The notes below the pieces were generated by a model. It did not search any database and was not told the origin of the DNA. It worked only from the letters and a program-made list of their open reading frames with translations. This document shows positions 11,588 to 23,999 of a stretch of 64,000 nt of DNA, in pieces. The position numbers were made by a program, and so were the translations under genes. Source of the stretch: Octopus sinensis (taxonomy: Eukaryota); the NCBI RefSeq assembly GCF_006345805.1, contig NC_043000.1, forward strand, positions 32,240,001 to 32,304,000. Direction: 5' to 3'. The stretch's first letter is position 1. The number at the start of each line of letters is the position of its first letter.

Positions 11588-12595
11588 GAATAATAAAAAG
11601 AAAGTTCTTGGTATAGCATCACATATTTGAGTAGAGATGGTTTTTTTGAGATAATTTGTATTTTAATAATGTTGTATTAATACAAGTGACCTGATCTGAG
11701 ATCTTGTGCTGGAATGAAAACAATTGCAACATGGAAGGTGTTTATAAACCATTTAAAAACACACAAAAAACTGTTAGATTCACTTCAGAATTTAAATTTA
11801 ATTTGCCCATGCTTCATCTGTGAGTATGTATAAAAATATCAATTTAATAATAATAATAATAATGTTGTTATAAATATTCTCAAAATACTCTCTGTCTTCA
11901 AAGTATGGACTGAAAATGAACATTTTCATAAGACCAAGGAAGACTACTTTATTCGAAAATACCAACCAAAACTGAACAAGAAAATAATACCAAAACTATT
12001 GGAACTACCATTCCAGCAATCCACAGAAGGACGCCAACCAAACACTGCCTGAATAAGCAACACGACAGAAGTTTATACGCTTTTATGTACTATTCTTAAG
12101 CACCCAAAATGTTATATGTGGATGTATTTTTCTCCCTTTCCTCTCTGTATCATCATCATCATCGTTTAGTGTCTGTTTTCCATGCTGGAATGGGTTGAAC
12201 AGCTTGACTGAGGCTATCACTTGCCCAAGGTGTCACACAGTGGGACTGAACCCCAAAACCATGTAGTTTCAAAGTGACCTGTTTAACAACACAGCCATGT
12301 TCAGCAGCAGCAGAATCATGCAATAGATAGGATAGTGATGGAGGGTTAGAGGTTGCACGAGGTGGCGGAGAGGGCAAGATGGATCCCAATAAGAGAATTA
12401 GGTTTACTAGTGGTATCAGAGTGAGAGGAAGAATAAAAAACGTGGTAAGTAGCTTGCTTATGAACTACATGGTTCCGGATTCAGTCCCACTGCGTGGCAT
12501 CTTGGGCAAATGTCTTCTACTATAGCCTCAGGCCGACCAAAGCCTTGTGAGTAGATTTGGTAGACGGAAACTGAAAGAAGCCAGTCGTATGTATG

Positions 12596-12640
<45 letters not shown>

Positions 12641-13689
12641 TTGTGTTTGTCCCCCTAGCATTGCTTGACAACCGATGCTGGTGTGTTTACGTCCCCGTTA
12701 CTTAGCGGTTCAGCAAAAAGAGACCGATAGAATAAGTACTGGGCTTACAAAGAATAAGTTCCGGGGTTGATTTGCTCGACTAAAGGCGGTGCTCCAGCAT
12801 GGCCACAGTCAAATGACCGAAACAAGTAAAAGTAAGTATATATATATATATATATATATATGCATATATATATGGCCATTGCCAGCCTCCCCTGGTACCT
12901 GTGCCAGTGGCATGTAAAAAGCACCATCCGTACATGGTCGATGCCAGTGCCACCTTGACTGGCTTCCGTGCCGGTGGCATGTAAAAAGCACCAACCGATC
13001 ATGGCCATTGCCAGCCTCCCCTGGCACGTAAAAAGCACCCACTACACTCACGGAGTGGTTGGCGTTAGGAAGGGCATCCAGCTGTAGAAACACTGCCAGA
13101 TCAGACGAGAATCTGGTGCAGCCTCCTGGCTTCCCAGACCCCGGTCAAACCGTCCAACCCATGCTAGCATGGAAAACGGACATTAAATGATGATGATGAT
13201 ATACTCACACAAAAGCAGGCATACTGTAAATATGACAAAAAAAGACAACAGAGGAGAAGGCAATTTTCCTGAATATACTAAATTGTTTAGTGTTTAATGA
13301 AAAGAGAAAGTGTCTTGACGTTTTGAGCATTAGTCATTCATCAGAGGAGAGAAGAAAAAGAGGAGTGACAAAGACAGACAAGCAGTGCAAAGAAAAAAAA
13401 CAGAAAGCAAGTGAGAATACAATTGTATGAGAGGAAGTTAAAAGAAAGGAAAGGTGTGGTGTTAGGGGCTGGTCTCAGAACTTTGAACCATATGGAAGAA
13501 ATGACCAGCAATATGATGAGCAATATGTGGTACTCAAGAAGAACTACCAATCAAGCTCTCCATGCAAACACCAACCACTTTGCAGAGGGTATACTGGTGG
13601 GCGGAGTGTTGACATGTCATTGTCACAAGTGAGGTTGCTGTGAAACTTGCAAAACATCAAAGAAGAGAAGAAGAGGGAAGTAGAAAAGC

Positions 13690-14392
13690 TCCCACTACTA
13701 AAGGGGGAATCAGCTGGGAGGAGAAGGTGGAGAAGAGTGGCTGTTGAAGGACAAGCACAGGTTTCTGGCTATGGAGGAGATATTGGGAGAGGGGACATGG
13801 GGAGGGGGAGAGGGGGGAATGGAGAGGAAGAGGGGAAAGAAGGGGGGGAAAGAAGGGGGAATAGAGAGGAAAGGAGAGGGGAAGGGAAGAGGGAGAGGGA
13901 GAAAGAGTGGAGGGGAAGAGGAAGGGAGCGAGAGGAAGGGAAGAGAGGAGAGAGGAAGGGAAGAGAGGGAGAGAGAGGGATGGAGAGGAAGAGAGAGGGA
14001 TGGAGAGAGGAAGGGAGCAGTGGCTGAAAGCAAAGAAAGAGAGTATGATTGTTTGAAATAATGTGGACAAGGATGATAAGGAATATGGGAGGAGGAAGGG
14101 GAGGGGAAAAGAATTGGAGGAGGAGGAAAGGGAAAAAAGAGAAAGAGGAGAAAGAAGAGGAGAAAAAGAGGAGAAAAAAGAAGGGAAAGGGGAGAAAGAG
14201 AGGAGGAATAGAGAATGAGGAAGGGAGGAGAAAAGGAGGAGGAGGAGGAAGAAAGGGAGGAGGGGAGGAGAAGGGAGGAGGAAGAGAGGGAAGAATAGGA
14301 GAAAAAGATGAGGAAGAGGCAGACAAGAAGGAAGAGAAGGAAGAGAAGGAGGAAGTGCAGAGGAGGAGGAGGAATGAGAGGAAGAGGAAGTA
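13690..14392. repeat. About 700-bp G/A-only low-complexity tract
   Basis: Almost exclusively purines on the plus strand (GGA/GAG/GAA runs). Confidence 0.9.
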
Positions 14393-15691
14393 GATGATTA
14401 GGATATATTATAAGCTTCCATAGATTTTCTTTTTAGGAAATTCCACTCCCAAAGCATTGGTCAGCCTTTGATTAAAAGAAAAGATACTTGCCCAAGGTAG
14501 CATTGCAATTGCATTGAACCAAAAACCCAAGTTCAGAACCTCATCACAGATATTACATCATAGAGTATGACTAGAGAGTGGGGGTGGAGTGGGAGAGAGT
14601 GGAAGAGAGAGAAGGGAGAGGAGGAGAGAGAGGGGAGAGAGAGAGGTTGTTGTGGAATGTTAGAAAGAAATGAGAGTTGGTGAGTTTTTGAAATAAGAGA
14701 AATTCTTTAATGAGGAAGTGAATACTGCAATGGTGTTGGTTCTTGTTTCCCCTACCCTCATCACTTTCCAGCTGATTTGCAAGGGTCGTCAGATGGGGTG
14801 CACTCAGGGAGGCAGATTCCCTACAGATGAATGCCCTCCCTGTTGCCAAGCCTCACCTGTTTCCAAGGAAGGTAACATCTTGCCCGATATGGCCAGATAT
14901 GTTTTCATGGAAGAAGATTGGGAAGGAAAGACACTGCTTGTATGACAGGGACACTCATTTACAACTGTTACATGATGTGAAGACAAAGAAACATACACAA
15001 TGGGCTTCTTTTGGGCAAGCCAAGCACAGGCAAAGCCAAGAAAACCAATGCCATCAAATTCCACCATCATTTTGTCTCCACACTGCAAGAGAATATTCTG
15101 AGGGGAGGCAGTTTGGTCGAATCACTCACCAATGCACCCACAGTACTCCACCCCCACCATGATGACTATATGGTCCTCATCACTCCAACAGATGAACACT
15201 AAATCCAAACACGACCAAATTTGGTCAGCCTGGACTTGTAATACAAGATTCTTGCCCAAGATACTATGCTGTGGAACTGAACTCGGAACCATGTGACTGG
15301 AAAGCAAACGTCTTACCACACAGCCATACCTGCACTGAAATCCCTTTTTTTTTTATTTTATTTTCATTGTTAATTAAAATATTTTTTCTACTATAGACAC
15401 AAGGCCCGAAACTTTTGGGGAGTAAGGGCCAGTCGATTAGAATGACCCCAGTATGCAACTGGTACTTAATTTATTGTCTCCGAAAGGATGAAAGGCAAAG
15501 TCGACCTTGGCAGAATTTGAACTCAGAAAGTAAAAACAGACAAAATACTGCTAAGCATTTCGCTCGGTGTGCTAATGTTTCTGCCATCTTGCTGCCTTTT
15601 TGTTAATTAAAATATTACCTGAAAAATGTCTCAGGGTGAATCATTTTATAATTAAATAAACTGAGTGAAAATAAAACAAAGTTATACTTAC

Positions 15692-15794
15692 CAATATTTA
15701 TGTCTGGTAGAAAACTTGAGGTTAGCTCATCTTTTGAGGTCAAAAAGTTGTAAAGTAACTCACTTCCTCGCAATTGGGGGATGGCAACGAGTTT
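15692..15794 (-). CDS. SNX14: SNX14 exon M (PX end): KLVAIPQLRGSELLYNFLTSKDELTSSFLPDINI(G)
   Basis: 103 nt, AATGCAG|AAA...G|GTAAGT, phase 0->1. Matches KL...P.L..S.LL..FL......LPD.N.G. Confidence 0.92.
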
Positions 15795-16704
15795 CTGCAT
15801 TAAAAAGAAAATAGAAACATTTGCAATAAAAAAGATCACAAGGAAATCGAGTAGATTGGAATAAAAGAAATAAGATTTGGAAGGAAAAGAAACATTGTAA
15901 GGGAAAGAATTCAGTTATTGATATTTCAGTGGGAATTTCTCATCTTGTAATCACTTCAATGGAACTAAATTCATTCGGTGGGAGGGTGGGGGTCTTAAGG
16001 GTCCCTTTATGGAACTCTCTGACATAATATATTCCAGCAACCACTTTAGTTCTATGGTTCTGGATCAGCTCTGACTGGAGAGACATATAATCAAAGACAT
16101 TCCATCTACGATTGTCCCTTTTCTCAACCATTATCTTTCTAGGACTACATTTTTCAATGTATTCCACACTTTTCCAAGAAGCTAAGCTATAATATGCAGC
16201 AGATTTTTCTCATAACAACTCATGTTTTATTATACGGAATATACATCTTATCTTAGAAATTGCATTCCACAAAGAAAGGCAACAAAGCATTATTGGCACA
16301 AGTGTCCCCTGGTGTTCATGAATTCAAACTAAGTTCAGGATACTTTTATCTGATTGGTTCAGTTGTCTTAACTTCTCAACTAAAAGAGAATGGCTCTACC
16401 ACATCACAGCTGAGAGGCTGACAATAGCAATGGTATTTTGCTAGAATTTCATACATATATATCAACATTTACAGAGCTATCACACCCATAGAGTAGAGGC
16501 TAATATGTAGTGTTTGCCAGCCAGTTTAACAGCAACACTGACCCCTAACAGAGTCTACTTTGTTGTAAACATTTGAAATGGGGTCTGTCATCTGTGAATA
16601 GCTCCCACCCCTCTTCCTATCAAGATCCTCCCTGAGTGAGTGGGGTTGCAAGTAGAGACAGTAGAGAGGAAGGTAGTTTTATGGTAAGGGATGGAGGGAA
16701 TTAA

Positions 16705-16924
16705 CCCTTTCATTACCAGCCCACCTGAAACTGGCTCTGGCTCTAAGTACAAATGTCTTGTTTTCATAAGTTTTGAATTAAAATCTTCCAGCAAACCTTG
16801 GTCACAATTTATGTTCCAAACACTAGCTGAATAATTGCTTAGTTATTTTACTAAATTCTTTGTTATATTTAAAGTAATTGAAAGAAACACAGAACATCTC
16901 AAAATAAATACAGTAATGAAAGGG
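16705..16924. mobile_element. piggyBac-like MITE (220 bp)
   Basis: TTAA TSDs at 16701-16704 and 16925-16928; perfect 12-bp TIR CCCTTTCATTAC / GTAATGAAAGGG. Confidence 0.85.
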
Positions 16925-17309
16925 TTAAAGGATGAGAAAAGAGGGGTTAGAACAGAACATAATACGTTGTCTCTAGCCATCACTCACAAACGAGTATGAC
17001 CTGGGAGCTTGTACTATCCTCTTGTTAATTGGTTTAGATGCTTGTCACAAACAATCACAAATATTCTCTCAGCTCTTCATCTGTTTGATCCAACAGAACA
17101 TCCACGACGAGCGCCGAGAGGGTGTTAATGTCTGTTTGCAACTACACAAAAGGCACCTTAAACAACTAGCAAAAGCATGATACCTGCTAGCAGATGATAA
17201 TCACTTACAAGTGATGGCTGAGCAAGCTTTATGCAGCGTGTGTGTGTGTGTGTGTGTGTGAAACAGAAGCTTTAGCACCAAATACGCACACACATCATCT
17301 GTTACTTAC

Positions 17310-17410
17310 TTGTAGATACTGTTCAAATTGTTCCTTTTTACTCTCCATGAAATCTTGGTTTTTTGTACCAAAAGATTTCTTTGGCGGTAACTGACATGCA
17401 GAGAAGCCAC
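17310..17410 (-). CDS. SNX14: SNX14 exon L (PX): GFSACQLPPKKSFGTKNQDFMESKKEQFEQYLQ
   Basis: 101 nt, ATCTGCAG|GT...CAA|GTAAGT, phase 1->0. Contains the PX LP.K motif and F..YLQ. Confidence 0.93.
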
Positions 17411-18877
17411 CTGCAGATTTAGAAAACGGATATAAATATCAACATCACAATAAATAAGATCATCATCACCACTATCATCACCATTTTATGTCAGCTTTCC
17501 CTGCTGTTAAGAGTTACGCAGGTCATCACAGTCTGAGCAAATTCTTATTTCAGAATTGCTGCCTTTCTCAAGGAATTTGGGAAACAAAATCTCATTCAGA
17601 CATTCTTTTCTTATGTGATTTCTATGACTGGATGCCGTTCCTAATACCAACAACTTTACAAAAGTGCACTGGATTATACCTTTGTGGCACCAGCACATGT
17701 GAGGCTGCCATGTCCCCAGCAGGACAAGACAAAAGGGTTTTCTCATTGAGTATAAAGAGCAGTTTATTATGGCACCAACACTGCTGACAAAAGGGGCTCA
17801 CTGTTCTATATTGCACATTCATTTACACTAAGATGACCAACAGAATGAGTAAAAGAGAAAGCAATTGTGATAGCAGTGAAGAGAGAGAGAGAGAGAGAAG
17901 CACCTATGGCAATTACATTTTGGCTGGTAAGAAAGTGAGAAGAAAGAATAACGTGGATGTGGGCTGAAGATGAACATACACACATCCACACACACACAAT
18001 GAAGATTAACTATTTTCGTCTCCCTTTCTAGCTAAATCACTCTTCTTTTTTAATTGTTCTGAGATTGTTTCCACATAAACCTATTTCTAGAACCCTTCTG
18101 CTCTTTCAAAGTCTCACATTCTTGCTCCGCTGTTTGTTGATTTTATCATTACCACATGAAATGCCCAGCTAAGTTTAAGAAAATTCCTCTAGCTTTTAAT
18201 CACTCACCATTCTCTTCTCTAACTTGTAATACTAACATACTTACATGTGACGCTAATGTGTATTTTGAGCTAAAATAACTTTGTGGCTTATGTGCCGGTG
18301 GCACGTAAAAAGTACCAACCAATCGTGGCCATTGCCAGCCTACCCTGGCACATAAAAAGCACCATCCATATGTGGCTGATGCCAGCGCCGCCTTGACTGG
18401 CTTCCGTGTTGGTGGGACGTAAAAACCACCAACCGATCGTGGCCGTTTCCAGCCTCCCCTGGCACCTGTGTCGGTGGCACGTAAAAAGCACCCACTACAC
18501 TCACGGAGTGACTGGCCATAGGAAGGGCATCCAGCTGTAGAAACACTGCCAGATCAGACTGGAGCCTGGTGTAGCCTCCTGGCTTCCCATACCCCGGTCG
18601 AACTGTCCAGCCCATGCTAGCATGGAAAACAGATGTTAAGCGATGATGATCATCATGATGATGATGAATTCTTAAAATTTTTCAATTTGACCACTTCCAT
18701 ACTTTGCTATGATCCTCGCCTCACTAAAAGCCTCAAGTCCCTTACCGGTATCTCTCTATCTCTTTCTATCTCTTGTGTGTGGCCATTGCTTGTTTGAGAT
18801 GCATCCACCTATTCCCACCCCCACCACCAATATCAGAAACGCTGACACAGCTCTGCCTCACTTCTGTACCAGAAGAC

Positions 18878-19630
18878 TTGCTACATGGTAGTGAAACATG
18901 GGTTGCGACAGCCAAGGACATGCGTAGGCCTGAAAGAAATGAAACCAGTATGCTCCGCAGGATGGGTAATGTCAGTCTTCATATATGACAGATTGTAAAT
19001 GTCTTAGAAAAATTAGGTATAAGAGGCATCAGATGTAGTGTGCAAGAGAGACGACAGTGCTGGTATGGTCATGTGATACGTATGGATGAGGACAGCTGTG
19101 TGAAGAAGTGCTGATCTCTGTGGAGGGGAACCTGTGGTAGAGGTAGACCCAGAAAGACATGGGATGGAGTAGTGAAGCATGATCTTCAAACTTTGAGCCT
19201 CACAGAGGCAATGACTGGTGACCGAGACCTTTGGCAATGTGCTGTGCTTGAGAGGACCCGTCAAGCCAAATGCACTCAAGCTGGTCGCATGTAATGAACA
19301 CCTTTCAAGCATTGAGCCTCATGGAGGCAAAGTGGCTGAGTTCCTTTCGAGTGTTAGACCTTACAGAGGAATTGACCAAGACCTTTGGCATTATGTCATG
19401 CTTGAGAAGAAGACCCATCAAGCCAAGCAAAATCGCAATCATGGCAGACACAGGTGTCATGCTGGTTACACATAAAAGCACCCATTACACTCTCAGAGTT
19501 GTTGGCATTAGGAAGGGCATCTAGCCATAGAAAAGCGTACCAAATCAGACTGAAGTCTGGTGCAGTCTTCCAGCATGCCATCCCAGTCAAACCATCCAAC
19601 CCATGCCAGCATGGACAATGGACATTAAAT
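18878..19630 (+). mobile_element. RTE LINE 3' end (ORF2 C-terminus plus 3' UTR)
   Basis: LLHGSETW...ERNETSMLR...WYGHVIRMDEDSCVKKC...RGRPRKTW: typical RTE-clade C-terminus, with stops and frameshifts. Confidence 0.85.
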
Positions 19631-19729
19631 GATATAATCCTAAACCCCTCAGAAAATTTGAACTCAAAACCTTTACACACAAGACTTTCACAATATTTAC
19701 AAGGACAAAGTCTATATTCAATGACTTAC

Positions 19730-19779
19730 CATGGAACTCAGTCAGTCTTTGTTCTAGAACATAAAACTCTTGATAGCGC
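19730..19779 (-). CDS. SNX14: SNX14 exon K (PX core): RYQEFYVLEQRLTEFH(G)
   Basis: 50 nt, TTTTGCAG|G...G|GTAAGT, phase 2->1. Near-identical to SNX14 RRY.EFYVLE..LTEFHG. Confidence 0.95.
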
Positions 19780-20374
19780 CTGCAAAAGAGTTGCAAGAGA
19801 TAAAAGAGAACGAAACAACAAAGACAGCCTTTAAATTGGTTCTTCCAGAACACAGTTTCAGAAATGCTGCTTAAACATAAAACACACAGCAACAGCCATT
19901 TTTAAAAGAAATGAAGAAAATTAGAATTGACTAAAATAAGTTGATAAACTTTGTGAAATTTAATTCTATTCTTTTAAAATTCTATTATTTCACACAAATC
20001 TTAGATATTTCAAGGCTAAGTATTTCAAATCTTTGCAAAAATATTAAAAAAAAAGTTTATTTAAATGAGTGGTTGATAATAATTGTTCTTAACCAGAAAA
20101 CAGAGTTAAGGGAAAATAAAATGGAAATTCATAATTTCAATCCATTTTAGAAAAGTTTTCAAGGAATAAGTGAAACTTCCACAACCTCATTTTCTAAGAA
20201 CTTGCTGCAGCATTTCGTGTTCCATATAAAAGTGATAAAGAATTAAGAAACAGCCAAACCAAATGCATGACCTGTTACTATCTCTGTTAAAATGCAAGTT
20301 TTTGTTTTAATAAACATTGTATTAACGAAGATTTACTTTTAATAAATGATTCTGAATATAATGAAAACACCTAC

Positions 20375-20408
20375 CTAGCAACAGTCCAACTTGCCTTTTG
20401 AGATTCAT
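20375..20408 (-). CDS. SNX14: SNX14 exon J: (D)ESQKASWTVA(R)
   Basis: 34 nt, ATTTGCAG|AT...AG|GTAGGT, phase 1->2. Supplies the W-x-V-x-R preceding the PX RRY motif and exactly bridges the phases of exons I and K. Confidence 0.85.
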
Positions 20409-21438
20409 CTGCAAATCAAAATAGCAATTTACTAATTACTTGTGGATTCAAAGTAGTTTTTTATTAATTATCTTTCACTTGCTTCAGTCATGAGACTGTG
20501 GCCATGCTGGGGCATCACCTTGAAGAATTTTAGTCAAATGAATCAACCCCAGAACTTTTTTTTTTCAATCGTGGTACTTATTTTATCAGTCTCTTTTGCT
20601 GAACCGCTAAGTTACAGGGACATAAACACACCAGCAACTGTTATCAAGCAGGGGTGGGGGACAAACACAGACATAAAGACACACACAGAAATATATATAT
20701 ACAACAGGCTTCTTTCAGTTTCCATCTACTAAATCCACTCATAAGGCTATAGTAGTAGACACTTGCACAAGGTATCATAGAGTGGGGTTGAACCCAGAAC
20801 CATGTATGCATTAAGTTCATATAGCATATTTACATTAGATTTTGTACAATACAGAAATTTCCTTTTCTAAGTATATTTCAGAGACACTAAAACACACAAG
20901 CACACATATAGAGATACATTTTAGAACCATTTAGATATTCCGTATGATACATGTGTTCCATATGATGTGTAAATATATGCGTGAGAAGACATTTTTGGTG
21001 AAATCTCACCAATGTTTAGATGTATCATTGATAGAGACTTCATGTCTTGGATAAGTGTGGTAGGCAGAGCCAGCTCAAGGTACCAGCAACTCGGACAGTT
21101 ACCCAGGAAGCCATGAACTAGGGGATGCACCAAGGAGGGCATGACAAAGACAAAGAAATTCCAACGAGCATCAGCTTGTACATGCCAAAGTTCAGCTTAC
21201 CTGGGGTGCCAGCAAACCTGGTGGGGCAAGGATGGCATGAGGTTAGTATCAAAAACACAAACCTCAGTGGACAATTGCAAATCCCTGTTTGCACATACAC
21301 ACCTTTTATTGTAAATGTATTCTTTTATTAAATAATATTCAAATATAAATGGCGGTGCCCCAGCATGGCCACAGCTCATGAGCTGAAACTAGATAAAATA
21401 AAAATAAATAAATAAAAATATTTTGTCTCAGTTGTTAG

Positions 21439-21672
21439 GAAGGTGGCAAGCTGGCAGAAACGTTAGCGCGCCAGGCGAAATGCTTAGCAGTATTTCGTCT
21501 GCCGTTACGTTCTGAGTTCAAATTCCACCGAGGTTGACTTTGCCTTCATCCTTTCGGGGTCGATAAATAAAGTACCAGTTTCACACTGGGGTCGATGTAA
21601 TCGACTTAATCCCTTTGTCTGTCCTTGTTTGTCCCCTCTATGTTTAGCCCCTTGTGGGCAGTAAAGACATAT
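21439..21672 (+). mobile_element. tRNA-headed SINE, family 3, with 21-bp TSD
   Basis: Head AAGGYGGCRAGCTGGCAGAA...GAGTTCAAATTCC. TSD ATATTTTGTCTCAGTTGTTAG at 21418-21438 and 21673-21693. Related copies at about 15375-15600(-), 34125-34260(+), 52205-52400(+), 57120-57520(-), 59090-59290(-). Confidence 0.88.
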
Positions 21673-22251
21673 ATATTTTGTCTCAGTTGTTAGAGTAAAT
21701 GTTTTTAAGATATCCAAACATTACTTGAGATATTCAGAAGACTTCTAGAGACGTCTCCTGAATATCTCAAAATAACACTTTAATATAAATAACTGAGATT
21801 CAGATGAATTAGGTACTTAAGTTGAAGCACCAAGTCAGTATGGTATTATCAGTATACTTTCAAAATAAGGTGAATAAAATCAAAATAAGCAACAGGATAT
21901 CCAGAGGTGATGCAGTACAACCGTTTCAAGCAGCTCCATTTAATTAAACAATGCAATCATTACATCAATTTAAATGCAGAGCAATCCTCAGCTGCATAAA
22001 TAAGCAGAACTTTTTTAATCAGTTGGATACATTTGTATAATTTTATTTAAATCCTCTAATAGGGTAGGAAGATAGACAAAGTCCATGCTGTTGTCGGTGA
22101 CAACAGCATGGGCTTTGTCTGTTTTCTTATTCTAGGATTTTTTTAATCAGTCGGACATATTTGTCACCTGTGGCTTTAATGTAAATATTTAAAAACATTT
22201 TAACTATTTATTTCCAATTTCATTAAAATTAATTTGCAAAAGCAAACTGAC

Positions 22252-22450
22252 CTTCTGATGAAACATCAACTCTATGAACATCAATGATGAAGACAAAAAA
22301 CAGTTTCTTTATGTTGTCAGGGTCTGGCCGTCCTCCAATGCGTGGAATGGTAATTCTCCATGTACTCAAGTCATGGAGAGGACATTCCCAATTTGATGAC
22401 CAATCATAAAAGTTTTCATATGAAATTTCATCTTCAAGAGAACTACAAGA
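22252..22450 (-). CDS. SNX14: SNX14 exon I (PX start): SCSSLEDEISYENFYDWSSNWECPLHDLSTWRITIPRIGGRPDPDNIKKLFFVFIIDVHRVDVSSE
   Basis: 199 nt open frame, TTTTTCTCAG|TCT...G|GTCAGT, phase 0->1. L..W.I.IP and VF.IDV.R.D match the start of the SNX14 PX domain. Confidence 0.9.
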
Positions 22451-23477
22451 CTGAGAAAAATATGATCATTAGTACCATTTCAGACTTTTGGCTTATATAT
22501 TTTAAACACATCTATTATAAACAATCCATGCTGGTGGCACGTAAAAAGCACCAACCAATCGTGGCCGTTGCCAGCCTCGCCTGGCACGTAAAAGACACCC
22601 ACTACACTCACGGAGTGGTTGGCATCAGGAAAGGCATCCAGCTGTAAAAACACTGCCAGATCAGACTGGGCCTGGTGCAGCCTCCTGGCTTCCCAGACCC
22701 CGGTCGAACCGTCCAACCCATGCTAGCATGGAAAGTGGACGTTAAACGATGATGATGATGATGATGAATCACATGTTTTATTTGTATCATCACTCTGCCA
22801 CATCAGCTGCTCCTAAAACGGTCTCTGCCCCATTGATTTTGTGAACTCTACAATAACCCTAGAGCAATCCAACGTGCCACCTCCTCCTGTCTCCATCCAC
22901 CCCACCATCCCATGTCTCACCACTGACACCTACCTACCTCCCTCAACCTCAAATTACCAACACCGATCAATCTTCTTTCCAACAACCACAAACAACAATC
23001 ATATTAAACGACTAATTAGAGATGATTAACATTTTAAAATATCAGTGATATTTCTAGAAGCACTAATTTTATATGTAACTCCAGAAACAATGGAAATGTG
23101 TTAATTAGCATTCAAAGCTAATCAAATAAAACAGTTAATGAAACAATACACTGAGACAACCACTTGAACCCATGGTTTTATTTAGGTAATATTTAGAAAC
23201 CTGTCTTATTCACATTAATACTCTTCTTATTCTCATTTACATTGATTTTCCCCTGAAAAACATGGGGATTAGTGAAGAAATAATTTCCAACCAGAACGTT
23301 GTATTTGCCAAGGTTAATACACAGTAAAACCATTATTTTGTCATTGAAACAATCAGTGTTTTTTTGCCAGAATCTCATCTCTCACTTTCCTATCACACAT
23401 TAATAAATATAAAACAAATGAGAAGAGAAATAATTTATGAATGGAGTGACAGGGAGAGGTGGGCTAACAAGGAATTA

Positions 23478-23999
23478 CTGTAAATCTTCGAGTATAGTCC
23501 GCCCTTGAGTATAATACACAGGGGATTCTTAGAGAGCTTTACTTCTGAAAAACCTAAACCTTGTGTATAATATGCACCCCTTCTCTAACTTGAGTCATGC
23601 GTAATTAAGCCAGCAGCACCTAGTTGAACAAACACTTCCGCGCATGTGTAATACAATAATGGTGATATTCTTAACTGTTATATGGGAATGTAAATATGTT
23701 TGCAAATTGTTTTTGTTACATACTATTTTGTGATCTGAATACTTTTATTTTAATAAATGTTGCTAACTGCAAGTTATGGGTGATTCTTTTATGACTTCAT
23801 TGCTTTCAGGCTTAGCTTAAAGTATTTTCACACACAACATCACAAAATGCGTCTGAATAAACATTGCCGGACAGCAAATAGAGACTCGGACATTGCTTAT
23901 AAAATATTTTTCATTTTTAACCTCGTATATAGTACGCACTAGGGATTTTGACCTATAAATTTTGGGGAAAAAGTGCAGATTATACTCGAGGATTTATGG
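23478..23999. mobile_element. TA-flanked Tc1/mariner-pogo-like MITE (522 bp)
   Basis: TA at 23476-77 and 24000-01; imperfect TIRs CTGTAAATCTTCGAGTATAGTCCGC versus reverse complement CCATAAATCCTCGAGTATAATCTGC. No ORF. Confidence 0.75.

Noticed and set aside
13647-14393. Overlapping E/G/R/K-rich and P/S/L/F-rich ORFs
   Set aside because: Artefacts of the polypurine tract; no splice or homology support.
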